Made by a program: the position numbers and the translations under genes. This document shows, in pieces, positions 11,238 through 21,967 of a DNA stretch of 64,000 bases. The notes beneath the pieces are model-generated. The model saw nothing but the letters and a program-made list of their open reading frames with translations. It made no database searches and was not told the origin of the DNA. Positions within the stretch are counted from its first letter, which is position 1. The number at the start of each line of letters is the position of its first letter. Location of the stretch: NCBI RefSeq assembly GCF_055900595.2, contig NZ_CM148325.1; one strand, written 5' to 3'.

Positions 11238-11711
11238 ATGAACCGGTTTATTATTGCGGATGCGACGAAATGTATCGGTTGCCGTACCTGTGAAGTGGCT
11301 TGCGCAGTGTCGCATCAGGAGAATCAGGATTGCGCTGCGTTGTCACCCGGTGAGTTTATTTCGCGTATTCGTGTCATTAAAGATCATACTTACACCACGG
11401 CAGTAGCCTGTCATCAGTGTGAAGATGCACCGTGCGCAAATGTGTGCCCTGTTGACGCGATAAGTCGCGAACATGGGCATATTTTCGTTGAACAATCACG
11501 TTGTATTGGCTGTAAAAGCTGTATGCTGGCTTGCCCGTTTGGTGCGATGGAGGTCGTTTCTTCACGCACAAAGGCGAGGGCGATTAAGTGCGATCTGTGC
11601 TGGCATCGGGCGACGGGACCGGCTTGTGTTGAAGCTTGCCCAACACAAGCGTTGCAATGCATGGATGTCGAGAAAGTGCAGCGGCATCGGCTACGGCAGC
11701 AGTCTGTTTGA
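11238..11711 (+). CDS. ysaA: 4Fe-4S ferredoxin-type protein
   Basis: CxxCxxC...C clusters (CIGCRTCEVAC, CHQCEDAPCANVCP, CIGCKSCMLACP, CDLCW); ORF track starts 6 nt upstream at 11232; 11238 gives 157 aa. Confidence 0.85.
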   Translation: MNRFIIADATKCIGCRTCEVACAVSHQENQDCAALSPGEFISRIRVIKDHTYTTAVACHQCEDAPCANVCPVDAISREHGHIFVEQSRCIGCKSCMLACPFGAMEVVSSRTKARAIKCDLCWHRATGPACVEACPTQALQCMDVEKVQRHRLRQQSV

Positions 11712-11759
11712 AACGTTTTTCCGGCGTTTTTTAACGCAGGAATAGTGCGCTTTGTTTAT

Positions 11760-11858
11760 GCCGGATGCGGCTTAAACGCCTTATCCGGCCTACAAATTAT
11801 TCCAAATTCAATATATTGCAGAAATGATGTAGGCCTGATAAGCGTAGCGCATCAGGCA
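11760..11858. repeat. REP (BIME-like) palindromic elements between convergent ysaA and avtA
   Basis: GCCGGATGCGGCTTAAACGCCTTATCCGGCCTAC and GTAGGCCTGATAAGCGTAGCGCATCAGGC: the classic E. coli REP consensus. Confidence 0.8.
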
Positions 11859-11862
11859 ATTT

Positions 11863-13116
11863 TTAATGACTTTCAGCCCAGGCGCGTTCAATCTCTTCCG
11901 CCAGAATCTTCACCCCCGCTTCAATTTTATCCGGCTCCGGCACGTAGTTCATACGCATACATTGATGTGTATGTGGCCACGGTTTATCCAGCTCTGGGAA
12001 GAAGTTGTGCCCCGGCACCATCAGCACGCCCCGTGCTTTCAGGCGCTGGTAGAGCTGCTCGGTCGTAATTGGCAAATCCTTAAACCATAGCCAGAGGAAA
12101 ATGGCTCCTTCCGGTTTATGAATCAGGCAGCGATCTTCCGGTAAATAGCGGCGAATGATAGCGATAGTTTCCTGAACACGTTGGTAGTAAAACGGTTTGA
12201 TGACTGTTTCAGACAGGCGCAGCAGATCGTTACGCTTAATCATTTCACACATCATCGCTGGACCAATACCGCCAGGTGCCAGGCTGATAATGCCGTTCAT
12301 ATTGGTGATGGCGGTGATGATTTTTTCATTGGCGATGATAATGCCGCAGCGGGAGCCTGGTAGACCCAGCTTGGAAAGACTCATGCACAGTACGATATTC
12401 GGATTCCACAGCGGGCGCGCTTCGCTGAAGATGATACCCGGGAATGGGACGCCATAAGCGTTATCAATCACCAGCGGAATGCCGTGTTGATTCGCCAGCG
12501 CGTCAAGCTTCAGCAACTCTTCGTCAGTAATCACATTGCCTGTTGGATTCGTCGGCCGGGAGACGCAAATCATCCCGGTTTCTTCGCCAATATGCAGATG
12601 CTCAAAATCGACGTGGTATTTAAACTGGCCTTCCGGCAGCAGTTCAATATTCGGACGCGCAGAGACAAACAGATCTTCTTCCAGTCCGGCGTCAGCGTAG
12701 CCAATGTATTCCGGTGCCAGCGGAAACAGCACTTTTTTGATCCGACCATCTGCACGGCGTCCGGCGAACAGATTAAATAAGTAGAAAAACGCGCTCTGGC
12801 TGCCGTTTGTTAGTGCAATATTCTGTGGTTCGATATCCCAACCCAACTTCTCGCGTAGCATTCCGGCAAGCAGTGTGAGTAGCTCCGTTTTCCCCTGTGG
12901 ACCGTCGTAATTGCACAGTGCATCAGTCGCTTTGCCACTTTCCAGCATGTCGGTCAGTAGCGTCTGGAAGTAGTCCTGCATTTCCGGGATCTGCGCTGGA
13001 TTACCGCCGCCGAGCATAATCGCGCCAGGCGTGCGTAAACCGTCGTTCAGATCTTCCATCAGCAGCGTAATGCCGGAGTGGCGGGTAAATTTGTCACCAA
13101 AAAGGGAGAATGTCAT
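11863..13116 (-). CDS. avtA: valine-pyruvate aminotransferase (transaminase C)
   Basis: Start at internal ATG (MTFSLFGDKFTRHSGITLLMEDLNDG...) gives 417 aa; the 452-aa ORF in the track is an upstream extension. Confidence 0.9.
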   Translation of the reverse strand: MTFSLFGDKFTRHSGITLLMEDLNDGLRTPGAIMLGGGNPAQIPEMQDYFQTLLTDMLESGKATDALCNYDGPQGKTELLTLLAGMLREKLGWDIEPQNIALTNGSQSAFFYLFNLFAGRRADGRIKKVLFPLAPEYIGYADAGLEEDLFVSARPNIELLPEGQFKYHVDFEHLHIGEETGMICVSRPTNPTGNVITDEELLKLDALANQHGIPLVIDNAYGVPFPGIIFSEARPLWNPNIVLCMSLSKLGLPGSRCGIIIANEKIITAITNMNGIISLAPGGIGPAMMCEMIKRNDLLRLSETVIKPFYYQRVQETIAIIRRYLPEDRCLIHKPEGAIFLWLWFKDLPITTEQLYQRLKARGVLMVPGHNFFPELDKPWPHTHQCMRMNYVPEPDKIEAGVKILAEEIERAWAESH

Positions 13117-13293
13117 AGCGGGATATCTGTCGAACTCTGTAGCAAGGAAGGTAACAATAACGCTACATTTGCTGGGGTGCAAATCGCTCTGTTGAAGTGG
13201 GAGCGGTGCTTTATCCTGCAACGCTGATTAGGGCTGACATTTTATCCTGGTTGGCGGCTTCCCGAGGTACTGACGAACGGGAAGCCGGAAACG

Positions 13294-15324
13294 TTACTGT
13301 TGCCCCGCCCAGACGACCAGCACTTTATCGTCGTCATGCTCACGAACAAAGCCGTAGCCCTGCTTCAGCGAAAGTGTCGTTTGTTTGCCCGCGCCAATTG
13401 CGGGATGGCGGGCGCGGAACTGGCTGATTTTCTGCCAGTGCGCGACGCTGGCGGCAGATTTACCGCTAACATCCTGCCAGTTCATATCCGAACGCGTGCC
13501 TTGCAGTGGATCCGAACCGGTGGGGCCGAACGGACGCGAGGATTCATCACCATAAAAGATTTGTACTGCGCCTGGCGCTAATAACAATAACTCTGCTGCT
13601 TTGTCGCCCCCTTCACGGAACAGGCGGGTATCATGCGACGAGAGGTAGCTCAACACGTTGAAATCCTGCAATTTCTCTGCCATTTGCTGCCAGGTCGTAT
13701 CCATCTGCGCCAGACAATCGACCGCTTTCGCCGCCTGCTCCTGATAATCGAAATTGATCATCGCATCGAAGCCGTGGTGATAGTAGTCACTTTGCATCAC
13801 GCCGTGGCCCCAGGCTTCACCGATCATCCAGAAAGGTTTGTCATCTAATGCTTTGTCGGGATTCGCTTTTTTCCATTCGACAAGCGCGGCGCTGGCTTCG
13901 GTTTTCAGTTGCTGCCAGGCGGGCAACTCAACATGCTTGGCGGTATCGACCCGAAAACCATCAATTCCGTAGTCACGGACCCACTGGCTTAACCAATGGG
14001 TTAAGTAATCTCGAGGGGTAAAGCCGTCAATGGCTTTAGCGTGGGTATCCGTTTTGTTGTTATAGAACACTGGCAGGCCAGAAGCGGTCGTTGATTCGGT
14101 TTTGATATCCGGTAAAAAGGCCAGCGACATGGTGAGATCGTCAAATCCAGGATTGTCGTAGTCGCCGATATCCGTTCTGATCCAGTTTTTTCCCCACCAT
14201 TTATCCCAGCCTGTTTTGTCGCTGAAATTAATGTAATCGTTAAAGCTATGCCAGGTTTGCCCGGCGGCGGGCTTCCAGTCGCTCCAACGGTCACCTAACG
14301 TTTTTTTCACTTCGTCACCAGAAAGATATAACGCGCCAAACTGATACTCCTGCATATCCGCCAGTGTGGCATAGCCGGTGTGGTTCATCACGACATCAAA
14401 GAGAATACGAATACCGCGCTGATGCGCGCTATCAACCAGCGTCCGTAGATCGGCTTCGCTGCCCATATTGGCATCAAGATTCGTCCAGTCCTGTGTGTAA
14501 TAACCGTGGTAGGCATAATGCGGGAAATCGCCTTTTGTACCGCCGCCGACCCAGCCGTGAATTTGCTCAAATGGGGCACTTATCCATAAAGCATTGACGC
14601 CCAGCTGCTGGAGGTAATCCAGTTTGTTGGTCAGGCCGCGTAAATCGCCGCCGTGAAAAGTGCCAATTTCTGCCATATCGTCTTTATGACGTCCGTAACT
14701 CTGGTCATTACTGGGATCGCCGTTTTCGAAACGATCTGTCAGCACAAAGTAAACCGTAGCGTTATGCCAGTCGAAAGGGGCGGATGTGTCAGTTTCTGCC
14801 CGTTCCAGCAGGAGTAAACCGTTGCTGGTGGCAGCGGGTTGTAACGTTATTTGACCGTTCTTCACTATCGCAATTTGCTGGCTGTAATAATCCCGGACTG
14901 CGGCTCCCTCCGGAAAAGTGGCGCTGACATCCAGTGTGAGCGGTAATCCATCCCATTTCGGGCATTCACGGACCAGGCTTGCTACCGGTTCGACGGCGTT
15001 CTGGATGGAAATCATCAATGTTGGTGTACCGGAGCGGGTGTCTAGTTGCAGCGTATATTCGCCGTCCCTGAACAATCGCCATTGAGGTGGCGTGTTGCTA
15101 CAAGGTTGCAGGGAAAGCATCTGATTGAGTTTTATCGCATCCGCAGGCTGCCAGCACTGTTGGTCAAAATTTAGCGTTAGTGGACGCGTACCTTTGGGCA
15201 ACTGCGCGTGGCTGACAAATGTTCCCGTTCCCTGTTCGCTAAAGGCAGGGAACCCCGGAGAAGTCCAGCTGGCGGCAACGGCGAAGCCAGGAAGGAGTGT
15301 CAGAAAACAGGCGGCGAGTTTCAT
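13294..15324 (-). CDS. malS: periplasmic alpha-amylase
   Basis: 676-aa ORF with signal peptide MKLAACFLTLLPGFAVAA; GH13 motifs (GFRVDTAKH, FDVVMNH). Confidence 0.9.
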   Translation of the reverse strand: MKLAACFLTLLPGFAVAASWTSPGFPAFSEQGTGTFVSHAQLPKGTRPLTLNFDQQCWQPADAIKLNQMLSLQPCSNTPPQWRLFRDGEYTLQLDTRSGTPTLMISIQNAVEPVASLVRECPKWDGLPLTLDVSATFPEGAAVRDYYSQQIAIVKNGQITLQPAATSNGLLLLERAETDTSAPFDWHNATVYFVLTDRFENGDPSNDQSYGRHKDDMAEIGTFHGGDLRGLTNKLDYLQQLGVNALWISAPFEQIHGWVGGGTKGDFPHYAYHGYYTQDWTNLDANMGSEADLRTLVDSAHQRGIRILFDVVMNHTGYATLADMQEYQFGALYLSGDEVKKTLGDRWSDWKPAAGQTWHSFNDYINFSDKTGWDKWWGKNWIRTDIGDYDNPGFDDLTMSLAFLPDIKTESTTASGLPVFYNNKTDTHAKAIDGFTPRDYLTHWLSQWVRDYGIDGFRVDTAKHVELPAWQQLKTEASAALVEWKKANPDKALDDKPFWMIGEAWGHGVMQSDYYHHGFDAMINFDYQEQAAKAVDCLAQMDTTWQQMAEKLQDFNVLSYLSSHDTRLFREGGDKAAELLLLAPGAVQIFYGDESSRPFGPTGSDPLQGTRSDMNWQDVSGKSAASVAHWQKISQFRARHPAIGAGKQTTLSLKQGYGFVREHDDDKVLVVWAGQQ

Positions 15325-15643
15325 GGCGGATGAGTCCTTATTGCTGCGATTTCAGACAGTTTGCCAGCGATAAGCCAGACAAAACTCATCCCTGAGCGGT
15401 AAGTCCACAGGATGAGAAGCAAGGGTGAGCGATCGCGCGCAAAAAACGGCTGAATTTTGCGATAAACCCCACATTTTCTGCGATTTAGCGCCAATCTGAA
15501 TCGTTAACTCGTGACATAGTTTCAGATTTGGACTATTCCTTGGGGTGCTCTTGACAGCTATTTTTGATATGATTTGAGATTCAACTCTCAAATTTGTGAA
15601 AAATATAAGGTGTTGGAATGATTAAATCCGACCAGGAGACCTG

Positions 15644-16468
15644 ATGATTTTGACTCCCATACGACGATATGGGGCGATGATTCTTATGTTACTCACTCTG
15701 GTGTTTTCGAGTGAGGTGTTAGCGAAGACGCACACAACAACAGCGAGTCAAAAGTCCCACTTAATTAAAGCTAGTAATAAACAGGTAAGCAGTAAACAAG
15801 AGTATTCTCGCAATAGTGCAAAGAGTAGTTCACTTCCTGATTTGCGAAAATACCCTTCCGGAACACCAAGGAAAAAAGCGTTTCTCCGGACCGTAATGCC
15901 TTACATTACCAGCCAAAATGCGGCCATTACTGCGGAACGTAACTGGCTCATTTCAAAACAGTATCAGGGCCAATGGTCACCTGCTGAGCGTGCGCGTCTG
16001 AAAGACATCGCCAAACGCTACAAGGTGAAGTGGTCTGGTAATACGCGAAAAATCCCGTGGAATACCTTGCTTGAACGCGTAGACATTATCCCTACCAGTA
16101 TGGTAGCGACGATGGCTGCAGCAGAAAGCGGTTGGGGAACGTCGAAGCTGGCGCGCAACAACAACAATCTGTTCGGCATGAAATGCATGAAAGGACGTTG
16201 TACTAATGCGCCGGGTAAAGTGAAGGGGTACTCACAGTTTAGTTCTGTCAAAGAATCGGTGAGCGCCTATGTCACTAACCTGAATACTCACCCTGCTTAC
16301 TCTTCGTTCCGTAAATCGCGTGCACAACTGCGTAAAGCGGATCAGGAAGTGACTGCCACAGCGATGATTCACAAGCTGAAGGGCTACTCGACCAAAGGGA
16401 AGAGTTATAACAACTACCTGTTCGCAATGTACCAGGATAACCAACGGTTAATCGCGGCGCATATGTAA
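15644..16468 (+). CDS. bax: Bax-family protein (glucosaminidase-like domain)
   Basis: 274-aa ORF MILTPIRRYGAMILMLLTLVFSSEVLA... Confidence 0.85.
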   Translation: MILTPIRRYGAMILMLLTLVFSSEVLAKTHTTTASQKSHLIKASNKQVSSKQEYSRNSAKSSSLPDLRKYPSGTPRKKAFLRTVMPYITSQNAAITAERNWLISKQYQGQWSPAERARLKDIAKRYKVKWSGNTRKIPWNTLLERVDIIPTSMVATMAAAESGWGTSKLARNNNNLFGMKCMKGRCTNAPGKVKGYSQFSSVKESVSAYVTNLNTHPAYSSFRKSRAQLRKADQEVTATAMIHKLKGYSTKGKSYNNYLFAMYQDNQRLIAAHM

Positions 16469-16481
16469 TTGCATTTCCTCG

Positions 16482-16553
16482 AGCCTTATCCGACTTGTCA
16501 GTCGGATAAGGCTTTTGCTCGCATCAGGTGGTTGTGCTGAGTTACCTGATGCG
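16482..16553. terminator. Two stem-loops between convergent bax and xylR
   Basis: AGCCTTATCCGAC-TTGTCA-GTCGGATAAGGCT (13-bp perfect stem followed by TTTTG) and CGCATCAGGT...ACCTGATGCG. Confidence 0.6.
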
Positions 16554-16575
16554 ACGCCGACAATTCTCATCATCG

Positions 16576-17754
16576 CTACAACATGACCTCGCTATTTACA
16601 TCGCGATACTCTTTTGGCGTCGTGTCATATGCTTTTTTAAAAACAGAGTAGAAATATTGCAGCGATGGATAACCGCACATTTGCGATATCTCATTGATCG
16701 ACAAGGTGGTTGAAATCAGCAGACTGCGCGCTTTCTCCAACTTCTCGGCATGAATCATGGCATGGATGGTTTCACCCACCTCTTCTTTAAAACGCTTCTC
16801 AAGATTGGAGCGCGAGATCCCGACCGCATCGAGTACCTGATCCACTTTAATCCCTTTACAGGCGTGATTACGAATGTAATGCATGGCCTGAATAACGGCG
16901 GGATCGGTCAGCGAGCGGTAATCTGTTGAGCGCCGTTCAATGACGCGAACTGGTGGGACCAAAATCCGCTGTAGCGGCATTTCTTCTTTATCTAATAATC
17001 GATGCAACAGTTTTGCCGCCTGATAGCCCATTTGCCGTGCGCCCTGAGCGACCGAAGAAAGGGCGACACGCGACAGATAGCGGGTCAGTTCTTCGTTATC
17101 GATGCCAATCACGCATAATTTTTCCGGTACGGGAATATGTAGATGTTCACATACTTGCAGAATATGCCGCGCCCGGGCGTCAGTAACGGCAATAATCCCG
17201 GTTTGCGGTGGCAGCGTTTGTAGCCAGTCTGCCAGCCGATTTTGCGCGTGTTGCCAGTTCTCTGGCGCGGTTTCTAACCCCTGATAAACCACTCCGCGAT
17301 ACTTTTCTTCGGCGACAAGCTGACGAAATGCATATTCGCGTTCAGTGGCCCAACGTTTGCCGCTTGATTCCGGAAGACCATAAAAAGCAAAGCGGTTAAC
17401 GCCTTTCTCTTTTAAATGCAAAAATGCGCTTTCAACCAGCGCATAGTTATCGGTGGCAATGTAATGAACGGGTGGGTAACTTTCGGCAAGGTGATACGAG
17501 CCACCAACCCCAACAATGGGGACGTCGACATCAGCTAGCGCTTGCTCGATTTGTTTGTCGTCGAAGTCGGCAATGACGCCATCTCCTAACCAGTCCTTGA
17601 TTTTATCAATGCGGGCGCGGAAATCTTCTTCAATGAAAATATCCCATTCCGATTGTGACGCCTGTAAATATTCCCCTACGCCTTCTACTACCTGACGGTC
17701 ATAGGCTTTATTAGCATTGAATAGTAATGTGATGCGGTGACGTTTAGTAAACAT
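16576..17754 (-). CDS. xylR: xylose operon transcriptional activator (AraC family with periplasmic-binding-like sensor domain)
   Basis: 392-aa ORF MFTKRHRITLLFNANKAYDRQVVEGVGEYLQ...; C-terminal AraC HTH. Confidence 0.95.
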   Translation of the reverse strand: MFTKRHRITLLFNANKAYDRQVVEGVGEYLQASQSEWDIFIEEDFRARIDKIKDWLGDGVIADFDDKQIEQALADVDVPIVGVGGSYHLAESYPPVHYIATDNYALVESAFLHLKEKGVNRFAFYGLPESSGKRWATEREYAFRQLVAEEKYRGVVYQGLETAPENWQHAQNRLADWLQTLPPQTGIIAVTDARARHILQVCEHLHIPVPEKLCVIGIDNEELTRYLSRVALSSVAQGARQMGYQAAKLLHRLLDKEEMPLQRILVPPVRVIERRSTDYRSLTDPAVIQAMHYIRNHACKGIKVDQVLDAVGISRSNLEKRFKEEVGETIHAMIHAEKLEKARSLLISTTLSINEISQMCGYPSLQYFYSVFKKAYDTTPKEYRDVNSEVML

Positions 17755-17831
17755 GGTTCTTTTCCTGCTGAATCATGCAAAAACTCAAAACCGGTAATAC
17801 GTTACCGGCTTTGAGAAAATTTTTATCAAAA

Positions 17832-19013
17832 TCAAGAACGGCGTTTGGTTGCGGAGTCCATCCATACTGCCAGCAACAGAATCGCACCTTTAACGATATA
17901 CTGCCAGAAGGTCGGTACATCCATCATACTCATGCCGTTATCCAGTGAAGCCATGATGAATGCCCCCATTACCGCTCCGGCCACGCTCCCGACGCCGCCT
18001 GCCAGACTGGTGCCGCCAATCACACATGCGGCAATTGCGTCCAGTTCGGCGATATTTCCCGCAGAAGGTGAACCAGCGCCAAGTCGAGAACTGAGGATTA
18101 ATCCGGCGATGGCTACCATTAATCCGTTAATAGCGAACACGGCAAGTTTGGTGCGTTCAACGTTAATCCCGGAGAGCCGTGCTGCTTCCAGATTGCCGCC
18201 GATGGCATAAATGCGTCTTCCAAATGCCGTCCGCGTTGCCATAAACATTCCGCCGAGTAACAGCAACGTCAGCAGCAGAACAGGAGTGGGAACGCCACGG
18301 TAATCGTTCAACAGCCAGATTGCGCCTAAGACGATAATCGCCGTTAATGCCTGGCGACCGACAACTGTGGTAGAGGCCGGAGACTGCAAACCCAAAGCCT
18401 GACGGCGCATTCTTCCGCGCCATTGCCAGCCAACAAAAGCCATTAAGCCAAGCGCGCCAATGATGAAGCCGGTGCTGGCGGGTAGATAGCTTTGCCCGAT
18501 TTGTGACATCGCGGCGCTGGTGGGGGAAACCGTCGTGCCGTTGGTGATGCCAATGAGTATGCCGCGAAATGCCAACATGCCCGCGAGGGTGACAATAAAT
18601 GAAGGGACTTTGCGGTACGCGACCCACCATCCGTTCCAGGCACCGAGAAGCAGTCCCAGAACCAACGTCACAATGATGGTAAGTGGCAAAGGCCAGCCTA
18701 GCCAGACGTCACAAATCGCCGCGACGCCACCTAATAGCCCCATCATTGAGCCGACGGAAAGGTCGATTTCAGCAGAAATTATGACGAACACCATTCCTAC
18801 CGCGAGGATGCCGGTAATCGCGGTCTGGCGTAACAGGTTGGAGACGTTACGGGCGCTTAAGTAGGCACCATCGGTGGTCCAGGTAAAGAACAGCATGATT
18901 GCGATGATAGCTGCAATCATCACGAAGACCTGCAAATTCAGTGACTTCAGCCCGGAAAAGCCACCGGATGTCGGTACGGCCAATTTCACTTCAGACGGAT
19001 TGCTTTTCGACAT
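17832..19013 (-). CDS. xylH: D-xylose ABC transporter permease
   Basis: 393-aa hydrophobic [27 protein letters not shown]... Confidence 0.95.
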   Translation of the reverse strand: MSKSNPSEVKLAVPTSGGFSGLKSLNLQVFVMIAAIIAIMLFFTWTTDGAYLSARNVSNLLRQTAITGILAVGMVFVIISAEIDLSVGSMMGLLGGVAAICDVWLGWPLPLTIIVTLVLGLLLGAWNGWWVAYRKVPSFIVTLAGMLAFRGILIGITNGTTVSPTSAAMSQIGQSYLPASTGFIIGALGLMAFVGWQWRGRMRRQALGLQSPASTTVVGRQALTAIIVLGAIWLLNDYRGVPTPVLLLTLLLLGGMFMATRTAFGRRIYAIGGNLEAARLSGINVERTKLAVFAINGLMVAIAGLILSSRLGAGSPSAGNIAELDAIAACVIGGTSLAGGVGSVAGAVMGAFIMASLDNGMSMMDVPTFWQYIVKGAILLLAVWMDSATKRRS

Positions 19014-20532
19014 GATGTTCGCTCCTCAATGCGGCTTCCATCACCTGCTCCTGAGTCAGGTTATGATTTATCAGGTTGGCTTTTAGTTTCCCTTCATGCA
19101 TCACCAGTACACGATCGCTAAGGCCGAGCACTTCAGGTAATTCGGAAGAGATGACAATAACGGCAATACCCTGCTGGACGAGTTGGTTAATTAATTTGTA
19201 GATCTCGTATTTCGCGCCAATATCGATACCCCTGGTAGGTTCATCAAGAATGAGAATGCGCGGGTTGAGTAACAGACAGCGAGCGAGGATCGCTTTTTGC
19301 TGATTGCCGCCGCTCAAACGTCCAATAGCAAGGTCGGGGGACGACGTTTTAACTTTGAGTTGCTGGATTGATTCCAGAATACATTTTTGCTCTGCCGCGT
19401 CATCAAGCTGGCTAATACCGCCGGTAAATTTATTGAGTGCGGCGAGGGTAATATTTTTACCAACCGCCATTACCGGAACGATGCCGTCGCGCTTTCTGTC
19501 TTCGGGTACCATCGCAATCCCCTGGGCGATGGCTTGCTGACAGTTACGAATATCTACCTGTTTGCCATCAATATAAATTTTTCCTTCCCATTGTCCGGGC
19601 CACACGCCAAACAGGCACTGAATGGTCTCGGTACGTCCGGCACCAACGAGTCCGGCAATACCCAGTATTTCGCCACGTTTCAGGGAAAACGAGACATCAT
19701 TAACTCGTTTAATATGACGATTAACCGGATGCCATGCCGTCAGATGTTCAATACGTAATATTTCATCTCCGGTGGTATGTGGTTCATTAGGGTAAAGCGC
19801 GGTTAACTCTCGCCCGACCATCATGGTGATAATATCGTCTTCACTCATTCCGGCAGCATCACGCGTACCAATGTGCTGACCGTCGCGAATAACGCAAATC
19901 GTATCGGAAATCGCTTTGACTTCGTTGAGTTTGTGCGAAATATAAATACAGGCGATACCGTGCTGTTGTAGATCGCGAATAATATCCAGTAAAACCGACG
20001 TTTCCTGCTCAGTTAATGAGGCTGTCGGTTCATCGAGAATTAACAAGCGCACCTGTTTATTAAGTGCCTTAGCAATTTCAACCAGTTGTTGTTGCCCTAG
20101 CCCTAAATCGCCAACGCGGGTATCTGGTGAAATGGATAAACTGACCTGTGCGAGCAGCTTCTGACAGCGTAGCGTCATCAGATCATAGTCCATAATACCA
20201 TTGTGGGTTATTTCGTTACCCAGGAAAATATTTTCCAGTACGGTCAATTCTTTCACCAGCGCCAATTCCTGGTGAATGATGGCGATACCTTTGCGTTCGG
20301 TATCGCGGATGTGACTCGCCTGAATCTCTTCTCCCGCAAAAATAATTTCGCCTTCGTAGGAGCCATGGGGATAAATACCACACAGCACTTTCATCAGCGT
20401 TGATTTACCAGACCCATTTTCCCCACAGAGTGAGACGATTTCGCCAGCATTCAACCGCAAGCTGACGTTATCAATCGCCTTCACACTGCCGAAGGTTTTG
20501 GTAATGTTCTTCATTTCAAGTAGATAAGGCAT
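18991..20532 (-). CDS. xylG: D-xylose ABC transporter ATP-binding protein (tandem ABC domains)
   Basis: Start at [15 protein letters not shown] gives 513 aa; two Walker A motifs ([18 protein letters not shown]); track ORF extends 12 codons upstream; 23-bp overlap with xylH. Confidence 0.95.
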   Translation of the reverse strand: MPYLLEMKNITKTFGSVKAIDNVSLRLNAGEIVSLCGENGSGKSTLMKVLCGIYPHGSYEGEIIFAGEEIQASHIRDTERKGIAIIHQELALVKELTVLENIFLGNEITHNGIMDYDLMTLRCQKLLAQVSLSISPDTRVGDLGLGQQQLVEIAKALNKQVRLLILDEPTASLTEQETSVLLDIIRDLQQHGIACIYISHKLNEVKAISDTICVIRDGQHIGTRDAAGMSEDDIITMMVGRELTALYPNEPHTTGDEILRIEHLTAWHPVNRHIKRVNDVSFSLKRGEILGIAGLVGAGRTETIQCLFGVWPGQWEGKIYIDGKQVDIRNCQQAIAQGIAMVPEDRKRDGIVPVMAVGKNITLAALNKFTGGISQLDDAAEQKCILESIQQLKVKTSSPDLAIGRLSGGNQQKAILARCLLLNPRILILDEPTRGIDIGAKYEIYKLINQLVQQGIAVIVISSELPEVLGLSDRVLVMHEGKLKANLINHNLTQEQVMEAALRSEHHVEKQSV

Positions 20533-20609
20533 AACGACTCCACCTAAGCCAATTAATTCACGCGGCATGGAGAGAAATCACGCCCCCGCTCCTCGCCGGG
20601 GCGTAACGC

Positions 20610-21602
20610 TTACAGCTCGCTCTCTTTGTGGAATCCGTCTTTAACTACCGTATCTTTGATGTTGTTTTTATTCACATCGATCGGTGTCAGCAGGCGGGAG
20701 GGAACATCTTTCAGACCATTATTCAGTGTGGTATCTGCTTTTGGTTCCTGACCATTGCCCAACTCAACGGCAATTTCTGCGGCAGTATTTGCCAACAATG
20801 TAATAGGTTTATACACCGTCATAGTTTGCGTACCGGCAGCAATACGTTTAATACCTGCGAGATCCGCATCCTGGCCGGATATTGCTACTTTCCCTGATAA
20901 ACCTTGCGCACTTAATGCCTGAATTGCCCCACCTGCGGTGGCATCGTTTGAGGCAACTACAGCATCAATTTTGTTATTATTGGCGGTTAGCGCGTTTTCC
21001 ATAATTTTCAATGCGTTTTCCGGTAACCAGCCATCAACCCATTGGTCACCAACGACTTTAATTTTTCCGGAATCAACGTAAGGTTTTAACACTTTCATTT
21101 GTCCGGCGCGGAACAGCTTGGCGTTGTTATCTACCGGCGAGCCGCCCATCAGGAAGTAATTACCTTGCGGAACAATATCGACCAGGGCTTTTGCCTGCAG
21201 TTCACCGACTTTTTCGTTATCGAAAGAAATATAAAAATCGATATCCGCATCGTTAATCATACGGTCGTAAGCTAATACTTTAATACCTTCTTGTTTGGCT
21301 TCTTTTACAACGTTACTTAATACCTGACCGTTATACGGAATAATGACAAGAACATCGACACCCCGGTTAATCATGTTTTCAATCTGCGACATTTGTGTTT
21401 CTTCATTGCCATTTGCAGACTGTACAAATACTTTCGCGCCGAGAGATTCTGCCTTTTTCACAAAGATATCTCGATCTTTTTGCCAGCGTTCAAGACGGAG
21501 ATCATCAATCGCCATACCTATTTTGACTTCTTTGGCGTGCGCCGCAACGTTGGTAAGCAGAAGTGAGGTGCAAAGGGTGAGTAGAATGTTCTTTATTTTC
21601 AT
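20610..21602 (-). CDS. xylF: D-xylose ABC transporter periplasmic binding protein
   Basis: Start at MKIKNILLTLCTSLLLTNVAAHA gives 330 aa; track ORF has a 26-codon upstream extension. Confidence 0.95.
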   Translation of the reverse strand: MKIKNILLTLCTSLLLTNVAAHAKEVKIGMAIDDLRLERWQKDRDIFVKKAESLGAKVFVQSANGNEETQMSQIENMINRGVDVLVIIPYNGQVLSNVVKEAKQEGIKVLAYDRMINDADIDFYISFDNEKVGELQAKALVDIVPQGNYFLMGGSPVDNNAKLFRAGQMKVLKPYVDSGKIKVVGDQWVDGWLPENALKIMENALTANNNKIDAVVASNDATAGGAIQALSAQGLSGKVAISGQDADLAGIKRIAAGTQTMTVYKPITLLANTAAEIAVELGNGQEPKADTTLNNGLKDVPSRLLTPIDVNKNNIKDTVVKDGFHKESEL

Positions 21603-21967
21603 GGTGTAGGGCCTTCTGTAGTTAGAGGACAGCTTTAATAAGTAACAATCACCGCGATAAACGTAACCAATTTTTAGCAACTAAACAGGGGAAAACAATT
21701 ACAGATTTTTATCTTTCGATTACGATTTTTGGTTTATTTCTTGATTTATGACAGAGATCTTACTTTTGTTGCGCAATTGTACTTATTGCATTTTTCTCTT
21801 CGAGGAATTACCCAGTTTCATCATTCCATTTTATTTTGCGAGCGAGCGCACACTTGTGAATTATCTCAATAGCAGTGTGAAATAACATAATTGAGCAACT
21901 GAAAGGGAGTGCCCAATATTACGACATCATCCATCACCCGCGGCATTACCTGATTATGGAGTTCAAT
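21603..21967. promoter_or_regulatory. Divergent xylAB / xylFGH promoter region (XylR- and CRP-dependent)
   Basis: 365-bp AT-rich gap between divergent xylF and xylA starts; TGTGA-type half sites present; individual operators not resolved by eye. Confidence 0.6.

Noticed and set aside
15325-15643. MalT box upstream of malS
   Set aside because: Only a partial match (AGGATGAGAA near 15405) could be seen by eye; not enough to place the site with confidence.
20533-20568. Upstream extensions of track ORFs for xylG, xylF, avtA, tag, yhjV, yhjX, eptB, dppB, bcsA, bcsB, yiaF, ghrB
   Set aside because: In each case an internal start gives the length and N-terminus of the known protein; extensions overlap upstream genes or promoters.
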